From Bacteroidaceae bacterium (lineage in GTDB: Bacteria; Bacteroidota; Bacteroidia; Bacteroidales; Bacteroidaceae), in NCBI GenBank assembly GCA_017650085.1, contig JAGCFN010000019.1:3879-67878 (forward strand): DNA of 64,000 nucleotides, read 5' to 3'. Both the position numbers and the translations under genes were made by a program. Positions 9,766 through 17,642 of this stretch are shown one piece after another. Every line of letters starts with the position of its first letter. Positions within the stretch are counted from its first letter, which is position 1. A model generated the notes under the pieces. That model saw only the letters and a list, made by a program, of their open reading frames with translations, was not told the origin of the DNA and made no database searches.

Positions 9766-9910
9766 GTGAAGTTTGAAAAGTTCACGTGTGAAGTTGGCAA
9801 AGTTCACGTGTGAAGTTGGCGATTTACTAGTGTGAAGTTTGCAATTTACTAGTGTGAAGTTTGCAATTTACTAGTGTGAAGTTTGCAATTTACTAGTGTG
9901 AAGTTTTGCA
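9766..9910. repeat. 22-bp tandem array B (6.6 units, three of them identical)
   Basis: Units: gtgaagtttgaaaagttcacgt / gtgaagttggcaaagttcacgt / gtgaagttggcgatttactagt / gtgaagtttgcaatttactagt x3 / gtgaagttttgca. Confidence 0.95.
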
Positions 9911-9956
9911 TCCCTCTATTTGACATTTGTCAAAAACACTCGCCAAAAACAAAAAA

Positions 9957-9984
9957 CTCTAAACTCCAAACCCTAAACTCTAAA
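9957..9984. repeat. 7-bp tandem repeat CTCTAAA-like x4 upstream of the asd promoter
   Basis: ctctaaa ctccaaa ccctaaa ctctaaa. Confidence 0.8.
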
Positions 9985-9993
9985 CTTTTTTCG

Positions 9994-10001
9994 TATCTTT
10001 G
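9994..10001 (+). promoter_or_regulatory. -7 box TATCTTTG for asd
   Basis: TAnnTTTG match 50 nt upstream of the ATG. Confidence 0.6.
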
Positions 10002-10050
10002 CAGCGCAATTAAATTCATAATTCTTAACTCTTAATTCTTATCTATAAAG

Positions 10051-11061
10051 ATGCGAGTAGCAATTGTAGGCGCAAGTGGCGCCGTTGGGCAGGAGTTCCT
10101 GCGAGTTCTTGACGAGAGACAGTTCCCCATCGACGAACTGCTGCTTTTCGGCAGTCAGCGTAGTGCGGGCCGTAAGTATACATTCCGAGGCAAGGAGATT
10201 GAAGTGAAGCTCCTGCAGCATAACGATGATTTCAAAGGCGTCGACATAGCCTTCACAAGTGCCGGAGCCAGCACAAGCAAAGAGTTTGCAGAAACCATCA
10301 CAAAGCATGGAGCTGTGATGATTGACAACTCAAGCGCTTTCCGTATGGACGAGAACGTGCCCTTGGTAGTGCCAGAATGTAATGCCGAAGACGCTCTCAA
10401 CCGCCCTCGAGGCATCATTGCAAACCCCAACTGCACCACCATCATGATGGTTGTTGCCCTCCAGGCACTCGAGAACCTGTCCCACATCAAACGCATCCAT
10501 GTCGCCAGCTATCAGGCTGCAAGCGGAGCAGGGGCAGCTGCGATGGCTGAGCTCTACGAGCAATATCGCCAAGTACTGGCGGGAGAGAAGCCGACAGTCG
10601 AGAAGTTCGCCTATCAGCTGGCGTTCAATGTCATCCCTCAGATTGATGTCTTCTGCGAAAATGGCTACACCAAAGAGGAGATGAAGATGTACTACGAGAC
10701 CAAGAAAATAATGCATACAGATTGCGAAGTCAGCGCCATGTGTGTTCGCGTCCCCAGCCTCCGATGCCACAGCGAAAGCGTTTGGGCAGAGACAGAGCGT
10801 CCCGTCAGCGTAGAAGAGTTTCAGCAAGCCGTCAGAGAAGGGCAAGGCCTGCAACTCGAGGACGAGCCTGCAAGCAAGAAGTACCCAATGCCCCTCTTCC
10901 ACGAGAACTGTGATGATGTCTTCGTAGGCCGTGTCAGGAAGGACCTCGCGAACCCCAATGGCATCACATTCTGGCTCGTTAGCGACCAGATCAAAAAGGG
11001 TGCAGCACTCAATGCAGTACAGATTGCAGAGTACCTCATCAAGGTAGGAAATATCAAATAA
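10051..11061 (+). CDS. asd: aspartate-semialdehyde dehydrogenase
   Basis: [19 protein letters not shown]-binding N-terminus; active-site context [13 protein letters not shown]; 336 aa. Confidence 0.95.
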   Translation: MRVAIVGASGAVGQEFLRVLDERQFPIDELLLFGSQRSAGRKYTFRGKEIEVKLLQHNDDFKGVDIAFTSAGASTSKEFAETITKHGAVMIDNSSAFRMDENVPLVVPECNAEDALNRPRGIIANPNCTTIMMVVALQALENLSHIKRIHVASYQAASGAGAAAMAELYEQYRQVLAGEKPTVEKFAYQLAFNVIPQIDVFCENGYTKEEMKMYYETKKIMHTDCEVSAMCVRVPSLRCHSESVWAETERPVSVEEFQQAVREGQGLQLEDEPASKKYPMPLFHENCDDVFVGRVRKDLANPNGITFWLVSDQIKKGAALNAVQIAEYLIKVGNIK

Positions 11062-11095
11062 AGTCAAGCGAGAGTACTCTCCGCCATAATTCCAA

Positions 11096-11141
11096 CCCCT
11101 TTACGCATTCCACGCGATGCCGTAAAGGGGCTTTTTGTTTT
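11096..11141 (+). terminator. rho-independent terminator of asd
   Basis: 10-bp stem cccctttacg / cgtaaagggg followed by ctttttgtttt. Confidence 0.85.
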
Positions 11142-11212
11142 CTGCATGGCACGATTTTGCAAGTAAAGTGAAAATAATTGTGGATTTTCTTGACACATAT
11201 TAAAATAATGTA

Positions 11213-11220
11213 TAACTTTG
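11213..11220 (+). promoter_or_regulatory. -7 box TAACTTTG for CDS 11271
   Basis: TAnnTTTG match 51 nt upstream of the ATG. Confidence 0.6.
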
Positions 11221-11270
11221 GTGCAAAATATGTATAATTAACCCAAATTATTAACTAAACTTTAACAAGT

Positions 11271-14200
11271 ATGAAGAAACATTTATTAATTCTCGCTTCG
11301 CTTGTGTTAGGCTTAGGACAGCTATTTGCCGACGAAGTCACTTTCTCAGTAAGTGATCTGAAGGCATCACTGCCAAGCAGCAACACAAACATTGCCATTC
11401 CTTATGCATGGAAGACTGCACCTTATCATGTGACAGCCACCATTGCAAAGCAAGACGGATCAGAAGCTTCGCTCGGTGTCAGCACTGTGATTGCGCTCAA
11501 CAACACCTACAAAATCACAGTATCTGTAGCTGGAGCAGGAACACTGAACAGCATCAAGTTCACCACCAATCCCACTGGCAACACAGCTAACATTACAGCC
11601 AGCACTGGTTCTTATGCCAGCAGTACATGGACACCTGGTGAAGATGAAACTGTTTCCTCAGTAACATTCACCTGCACAGGTACATTCCGCTTGACACAGA
11701 TCTTTGTAGATTACACTCCCGACAGCGGTTACACACCTGATGTACCAGACGAGGGTCCGACAGAACCCTTCGAGGCAACAAAGGTCGACAATCTCGCATC
11801 CTACACAGGCAACGACCCCTATGTCTTTGACAACAACACCCAGAAGTACTACGCCCTCAACACCAATGGCGAATACGAAGAGTATGGTGTCGTTACGGAA
11901 GTCAACACATTGAAGGTGGCTGGTGATGCAATTACTGAGATTGAATACATCAAGAGCACCAACGATGCATACATCAACCTGAACTACATTCCCAAGGCAA
12001 ACTCAAAAGCTGTTTGCACGCTGGTTGCCTACGAAGGTGGAGACTGGAAGGCAGCTTACGGTTGCGGTTACTATGACAATGGATGGAAGGACCGCTTCTG
12101 CTTCTTCACAACCAACGCGACCATCAACCTCGGTGGTGAAACTGGCAACAGAGAAGCTATGGCTTACGACAGGAAGATTGTCACCGTTCTTGATGCCGTT
12201 GCAGGCAAGATGGACATCTTCGAAGCAGACGGAACAACAAAAGTCGGCACTATCACCGACTCTCCCAAAACTGCTGATTGTAAGACTCCTCTTTATGTCT
12301 TCGCACAGAACAAAGACAATCCAAACGCTGGTAGCACACAGACTGACTGCTACAACCCATTTATAGAGCTCTATGGTCTTCAGCTTTATGAAGGCGAGAC
12401 TCTCGTCATGGATCTCGTACCTGCCATCAACGGCGAAGGTAAGGGTGGCTTGAAGGACAAGCTGACAGGCACATTCTATGGTTCAGCCAACAACGGCGAG
12501 TTCGAACTGAGCCCCGACGGCCAGGCAATGGCTGGCGAATCAGGCATTACTGCTTACGAAGGCAAGATTGTCATTTACAATGGCCACGAGTACATGTATT
12601 GGAACGGCGAATGGAAAGACCAGGGCGCAGTAACTTATCAGGCTGTTTCCGAGATTGGCAACGACTACCAGAACCTTTCGAACTGGAGCTATCCTGGTTC
12701 TGAATACGACAGCACATTCGGCGTGAACGTCTTCGACGGAACCACTAACACACTCAGTCCTTACGAAGGCAAGGGCGGATGGGAGCCTCTCTCATTCAAA
12801 CTTACTGGTCTGACAAAGGGCGACAGCTATCGCGCATCCTTCATTTATTCAGGCACTCCTTGGCATTCATGGAGTTCTTACACTGTTCTGCCCTTCTTCG
12901 TGCTTGACAGCGAGAACATGGGCGACCGTGCATTCAACAATCCTAGCGCAGCTCTTGGTTACATCGCACTGCCCAACGGAGAAACAGTCAACCAGCCCTA
13001 TTCAACAATCTTCACCGCTAACCACAACTATGCATTGCTTTGCATCCAGTTTGGTGTAGTTGATGACGGTTCACACGATCCCGCATTTGCATTCAGCTTT
13101 GGCGACATCAAGGTTGAGAAGCGCGTCATTCCTACTGCTTACAATAAGATCATATTTGCTGATCCCAACAAGTACACTCCGCTTGAGTACATTGAGGCTA
13201 TCAGCCAAGCTCGTGAGAACACCTACACGCTGCCTTACACTCCTGTTACTGCCACACAGATTGATGCCAAGTTCCAGGTTTATGACACTTCAACTGGCTG
13301 GTGCGGTATCTTCTCTGCACGTAACACCTATGCAGGCACAGGTATCTCCCTCTACATGAATGGTAACGACAGAGCACACTTCGGTTACTTCACTGGTGGC
13401 ACAACAAGCAGTGGCGACAACTTCGCTCCCTTCAGCCTCAACACTGACTATGAGGTTTCTGCTGATGTGACCAAGTTGATTGTAAATGGTGAGGAATATC
13501 CGACAGGCAACACTGTTACCAATGCCACCACACGCAAACTGTCACTCTTCGCTAACCCCGAATGGGATAACCCAATGCGTGGTCGCTTCTACTACTGCAA
13601 CATCAGTGAAGCTGGCGAAGCCCTCTTCAACTTCAAACCTGTAATGCGTCACGACGGAGTATTCGGCTTCTACGACAAGGCTACACAAACCTTCGTACTG
13701 CCCGCACAAGGCAAGCTCGACGGATATGGCTACAAGAAGCTCGATGACCAGGCATACGTTACTTTCACAAACGAAACTCGTCTCGTGATTGCTGGTAACA
13801 CAGCTCAGTTCCTGCCCGACGTACAGAACCTCGACGATGCAACCTTCACTTGGACATCTGCCGACGAGACCATCGCAACTGTTGCTGCCGATGGTACTGT
13901 AACTGGTGTGGCTGCCGGTAAGGTTATGATTACTGTTACTACCGATGCCGACCAGGGTTGGACAGCAAGCTACGAGCTGACTGTTTCTGAGCCCGACTAC
14001 AAGCGCTTCGACAAGAACAATGTAGGTTATGCTATCGTAACTGGTGGCAATGGCTGGGGCGACTCTCCTGTTGCAGGTCTTGTTGACAACGATGCCAACA
14101 CCAAGTTCGGTTGCAGCGGCACAGGTGATGCTTGGGCTATCATCATTGCCAGCGAGCCCGTTGCCGTTCAGCAGTATTCTCTCGTAACTGGTGCCGACAC

Positions 14201-15614
14201 CTACAACTATCCCAGCCGCAATCCTGTAAGCTGGAAGCTCGAAGGTTCTAACGACAACCAGACATGGACACTCATCGACGAGAAAGTTCAGACTTACCAG
14301 CTCAAGAGCTTCAACAAGTACGAGAATACCGTTGAAGTTGACGGCACAGAGACCTACAAGTTCTTCAAGTTCTCTGTTACTCAGATTGCTGACGGCTTCC
14401 AGCTCAGCGAACTCTGGATTAACGAGCAGGCACACAGCTTTGGTGAGGAATCAACAGTTCTGTATGAACCAACTTGCGCAACAGAAGGTAAGGCCGCATT
14501 TGCATGCTCCGATTGCGGTGCTGTGAACATTGAATCCGTTGCTCCTCTTGGCCACGACTATGTTGATGGTGTTTGCTCAAGATGTAATGGTAAGATTTCT
14601 GAGATTGTTCTCCTGCCCAACCGTGGTAACGACAACAGACCTTACTTCGCTAAGTACCGCCACGCCAATGCAGTCGTTGATGGTGAATATGCTGACATCG
14701 AAGAAGGATGGGCATCTGTCGACTTCGATGATTCTGAATGGGACGAACTGATGTTGCCTCTCGGCTCATTTGGTCCTTACCATACACGCTGGTTCGGCGA
14801 CTACAATACATTCTGGTTCCGTCGTTCCTTCAACATTGACGATCCTGCCACTATTGCTAAGCTGACTCTGAGAGCTACTCACGATGACGACTACGCAGTA
14901 TTCCTCAATGGCACTAAGATTACTCAGGAGTACAACTGGACAAACGGTGAAAACGACTTCAGAGTTGTTGATGTTGATCCCACATTGCTTGTTCCTGGCA
15001 AGAACGTTCTTGCTATGTACATCGAACAGAACTGGGGCGGTGCATACTGCGACTTCGGTCTCGAAGCTACCCTTGGTGCAAATGTCGAGGTAACCGATGC
15101 TCTGTACGCTACCTTCGTTGCTCCTTGCGACGTTGACTTCACAGAAGCTGGTGTAAGTGCATTTGCTGCTCAGCCAATCGGAAAGTATGTTCATCTCGAG
15201 CCCGTTACCACAGTTCCTGCAGGTGCTGCAGTTGTTGTGAAGGCCGACGAAGCTGGTTCATACTATGCTCCTAAGACATCTGGTGCCGTTCTTGGAGCAG
15301 AAAACGCTCTCATCGCAAGCGAGACACCTGTTACCGCTGACGGTTCTCAGTTCGTTCTTGCAAAGCCCGAAGGCGAAGAAGTTGGCTTCTATCGAGTAAT
15401 CGAGAACACTGTTATCAATCCTAAGACAGGTTACTTGGTAATCAGTGGCGAAGGTGTCAAGGGCTTCTATGGCTTCGATCCTGACAATGGTACAGGCATC
15501 AAGGGCATTGATTTCGCTGACGAAAATGCTCCAATCTACAACGTTGCCGGTCAGCGTCTCCAGAAGATGCAGAAGGGCATCAACATTGTAGGTGGCCAGA
15601 AAGTGCTGAAATAA
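11271..15614 (+). CDS. very large (1447 aa) T9SS-sorted surface protein with Big_2, F5/8 type C (discoidin) and GH2-N-like sugar-binding domains
   Basis: Signal peptide MKKHLLILASLVLGLGQLFA. Big_2-like TFTWTSADETIATVAADGTVTGVAAGKVMITV. Discoidin-like NDANTKFGCSG..SWKLEGSNDNQTW. DDSEWDEL..FWFRRSF..VFLNGTKI resembles a GH2 N-terminal sugar-binding domain. C-terminal APIYNVAGQRLQKMQKGINIVGGQKVLK is CTD-like. Confidence 0.85.
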   Translation: MKKHLLILASLVLGLGQLFADEVTFSVSDLKASLPSSNTNIAIPYAWKTAPYHVTATIAKQDGSEASLGVSTVIALNNTYKITVSVAGAGTLNSIKFTTNPTGNTANITASTGSYASSTWTPGEDETVSSVTFTCTGTFRLTQIFVDYTPDSGYTPDVPDEGPTEPFEATKVDNLASYTGNDPYVFDNNTQKYYALNTNGEYEEYGVVTEVNTLKVAGDAITEIEYIKSTNDAYINLNYIPKANSKAVCTLVAYEGGDWKAAYGCGYYDNGWKDRFCFFTTNATINLGGETGNREAMAYDRKIVTVLDAVAGKMDIFEADGTTKVGTITDSPKTADCKTPLYVFAQNKDNPNAGSTQTDCYNPFIELYGLQLYEGETLVMDLVPAINGEGKGGLKDKLTGTFYGSANNGEFELSPDGQAMAGESGITAYEGKIVIYNGHEYMYWNGEWKDQGAVTYQAVSEIGNDYQNLSNWSYPGSEYDSTFGVNVFDGTTNTLSPYEGKGGWEPLSFKLTGLTKGDSYRASFIYSGTPWHSWSSYTVLPFFVLDSENMGDRAFNNPSAALGYIALPNGETVNQPYSTIFTANHNYALLCIQFGVVDDGSHDPAFAFSFGDIKVEKRVIPTAYNKIIFADPNKYTPLEYIEAISQARENTYTLPYTPVTATQIDAKFQVYDTSTGWCGIFSARNTYAGTGISLYMNGNDRAHFGYFTGGTTSSGDNFAPFSLNTDYEVSADVTKLIVNGEEYPTGNTVTNATTRKLSLFANPEWDNPMRGRFYYCNISEAGEALFNFKPVMRHDGVFGFYDKATQTFVLPAQGKLDGYGYKKLDDQAYVTFTNETRLVIAGNTAQFLPDVQNLDDATFTWTSADETIATVAADGTVTGVAAGKVMITVTTDADQGWTASYELTVSEPDYKRFDKNNVGYAIVTGGNGWGDSPVAGLVDNDANTKFGCSGTGDAWAIIIASEPVAVQQYSLVTGADTYNYPSRNPVSWKLEGSNDNQTWTLIDEKVQTYQLKSFNKYENTVEVDGTETYKFFKFSVTQIADGFQLSELWINEQAHSFGEESTVLYEPTCATEGKAAFACSDCGAVNIESVAPLGHDYVDGVCSRCNGKISEIVLLPNRGNDNRPYFAKYRHANAVVDGEYADIEEGWASVDFDDSEWDELMLPLGSFGPYHTRWFGDYNTFWFRRSFNIDDPATIAKLTLRATHDDDYAVFLNGTKITQEYNWTNGENDFRVVDVDPTLLVPGKNVLAMYIEQNWGGAYCDFGLEATLGANVEVTDALYATFVAPCDVDFTEAGVSAFAAQPIGKYVHLEPVTTVPAGAAVVVKADEAGSYYAPKTSGAVLGAENALIASETPVTADGSQFVLAKPEGEEVGFYRVIENTVINPKTGYLVISGEGVKGFYGFDPDNGTGIKGIDFADENAPIYNVAGQRLQKMQKGINIVGGQKVLK

Positions 15615-15630
15615 AGAATCTCACTCCTAG

Positions 15631-15654
15631 TCCCTCCCCCTCGTGGGGAGGGGA
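15631..15654. repeat. GC-rich CCCTCCCC/GGGGAGGG hairpin element (single copy)
   Basis: tccctccccctcgtggggagggga, located 17 nt after the stop of CDS 11271..15614. No T-tract follows. Confidence 0.7.
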
Positions 15655-15699
15655 ATAGGAACAAAAAGTATTCATTAACAAAACAAAAATATAAAGACT

Positions 15700-15855
15700 A
15701 TGAAATATTTAGCACCTGCAATGAAGGTTGAAGAGGCTCAGGTTGTCAACATGTTGGCAGAGAGCCTGAAGATAGACTCAGAGATTAAGGTTGACGGAAG
15801 CCAAGGCTTGGCCAAGGAAAACTTCGCTTGGGACATCTGGAACACAGAAGACTAA
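15700..15855 (+). CDS. candidate small protein (51 aa), unknown function
   Basis: Found by hand; it is below the ORF-track cutoff. ATG with an A-rich leader. Sequence MKYLAPAMKVEEAQVVNMLAESLKIDSEIKVDGSQGLAKENFAWDIWNTED. A strong terminator hairpin follows at 15898..15936. Confidence 0.35.
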   Translation: MKYLAPAMKVEEAQVVNMLAESLKIDSEIKVDGSQGLAKENFAWDIWNTED

Positions 15856-15897
15856 TCGTCTCGCTCCACTAGTCCTGTCAACTGACAGAACATAGAT

Positions 15898-15936
15898 AAT
15901 CCCCGATGCACGAAAGTGTGTCGGGGATTGTTGTTT
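15898..15936 (+). terminator. rho-independent terminator after the small ORF 15700..15855
   Basis: 9-bp stem aatccccga / tcggggatt followed by gttgttt. Confidence 0.75.
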
Positions 15937-15945
15937 AAGGTAGTT

Positions 15946-16080
15946 GGAAAACTTCACGTGGGATGATTCAAAACATCACGTGTGACGATTGCAATTTACT
16001 AGTGTGACGATTGCAATTTACTAGTGTGACGATTGCAATCTTCACGTTTGAAGTTTGCGATTTACTAGTGCAACGTTTTG
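15946..16080. repeat. 22-bp tandem array C (about 6 units)
   Basis: Units: ..gggatgattcaaaacatcacgt / gtgacgattgcaatttactagt x2 / gtgacgattgcaatcttcacgt / ttgaagtttgcgatttactagt / gcaacgttttg. The array ends 1 nt before the stop of the convergent gene 16082..17437. Confidence 0.95.
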
Positions 16081-16081
16081 A

Positions 16082-17437
16082 TTATCCTCTAGGGTTGCTG
16101 AAAGTCGTAGTACTGCAAACCCTTCCTGTATAGATGTTATGGATGGTGACAACGAGCTTTCCGTCCTTCACTTCGCCATCTATCACAGTCGGGAAGTGCC
16201 CTTCGTTCTTGCCCGTCATGTTAGGTCCGCCCCCCACTATCTGCATCCATTTATGCTCTTCATTCGGCAAATCCAACCGATAGACATGTTGATGAGCTGT
16301 AATCAAGAGCTGACATTTTGCTTCTTCGAGCAGCGGTCCCCAGAGTTTGGAACAAGTCCTTTGCCACTCTGCGAAATCGCCTTCATGCTTATCATCCACA
16401 TCAGCAGGGAAAAGGTCACCTGGATTCACTTCTGGACGAGGGTCGTAAAGTGGAATGTGACAAAATGCAACGAGATACGGAGCACTCGCTATCTCTGGTT
16501 GTTTGAGTGCATCTCGAAGCCATTCTCGTTGGGCAACCCGATAAGGTTCACTCACAAAAAGGTTGCAGAACCTGGGGTTCGTATCCAGCTTATCCTCCGC
16601 AGTATCGAGTCCGACGAGTGCGATATCTCCCATCCTGACTGCAAAGTTTCTACCCAAATCCCAGTCTCGAGGCTGACGTTCCTCAGGCTGACGATACATC
16701 CAAATGCGCTCAAGATGGCGGTTTGCCAAGCCTCTGCTGTCGTGATTGCCTGGACAGAATAGGTATGGAATATTAGCCGCGAAGTCTTTTCGCTCTATCT
16801 CGGGCTTGAAGAAGATGCGCTTCTGGGCTGCTATCGTCTCTTCTGTATTGCAGGCGTCTCCATTCCAGATGACACAACTGGGCTGCAGTTCCATCACTTT
16901 ATTTATGGTAGGATTGACGGCTTTCCAAGAGGCATGAGTGTCATTGATGACGCAAAAATGCCCTTTCGCCCCTTCGCCTGCAGTTCGGAAAGTGTATATC
17001 TGAGACTTCTCCTCGTTGCCCGTGATGCGGATATGATAGCCGTCCTTGTACTCTATGCGGTCTGCGCCTATCCTATAATAATATAATGTATAGGGTTTCA
17101 AGCCAGTCAAACGGACATGAATGGCTTCATTGTCCATTCCTGAAACGCGATAACCGCCACACCACACCTTCTTGCCGTCGCTCAGGTCGGGTTTCTCTCC
17201 ATAGATGACATAACCGTTTGCCCAGTCTGTCACGCTGAAAGCAATGCCCATACTGGTTGCAGCATAGTTCTGCAAGACAGGTTCGCTGTCGATGAGCGAC
17301 TCGGCTTTCTTCCCCTCGTTCCCAGTCTTGCTCCCTTCTTCAGCAGGTAGCAAACTCTCTGCAGCCTTGACTTCAGTAGCAAGACCACTCGTTGCGGCAA
17401 CTATGGCTGCGTTTCGTAGAAACTCACGTCTTTTCAT
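16082..17437 (-). CDS. Tat-exported metallophosphoesterase (purple-acid-phosphatase-like)
   Basis: Twin-arginine signal MKRREFLRNAAIVAATSGLATEVKAA from the ATG at 17437. Motifs GDACN and GNHD. Confidence 0.85.
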   Translation of the reverse strand: MKRREFLRNAAIVAATSGLATEVKAAESLLPAEEGSKTGNEGKKAESLIDSEPVLQNYAATSMGIAFSVTDWANGYVIYGEKPDLSDGKKVWCGGYRVSGMDNEAIHVRLTGLKPYTLYYYRIGADRIEYKDGYHIRITGNEEKSQIYTFRTAGEGAKGHFCVINDTHASWKAVNPTINKVMELQPSCVIWNGDACNTEETIAAQKRIFFKPEIERKDFAANIPYLFCPGNHDSRGLANRHLERIWMYRQPEERQPRDWDLGRNFAVRMGDIALVGLDTAEDKLDTNPRFCNLFVSEPYRVAQREWLRDALKQPEIASAPYLVAFCHIPLYDPRPEVNPGDLFPADVDDKHEGDFAEWQRTCSKLWGPLLEEAKCQLLITAHQHVYRLDLPNEEHKWMQIVGGGPNMTGKNEGHFPTVIDGEVKDGKLVVTIHNIYTGRVCSTTTFSNPRG

Positions 17438-17605
17438 AGTATTGTCTTCTAATTGCATCACAAAGATAATGTTTTTTCTCCTAATCAACATTTCTAGCGT
17501 GTATTAAATACTACTTTTTTGTGCTTTCCCTTTTCTTTTGGGCAAAAATAATACAATTCACTACAACTTTTAAGCAAAAATATTGCATGATAAAATAATT
17601 TTCGC

Positions 17606-17613
17606 TACCTTTG
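17606..17613 (+). promoter_or_regulatory. -7 box TACCTTTG for the exuT-uxuB-uxuA-uxaC operon
   Basis: TAnnTTTG match 30 nt upstream of the exuT ATG. Confidence 0.6.
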
Positions 17614-17642
17614 TAGGCAGAATTAATTATGAAGTATAGACT

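Noticed and set aside
9766-9910. Interpreting the 22-bp arrays as CRISPR arrays
   Set aside because: The units are contiguous with no unique spacers between them. The repeat length (22 bp) and array size (3-7 units) are too small. No cas genes are in the window. The same words recur between loci.
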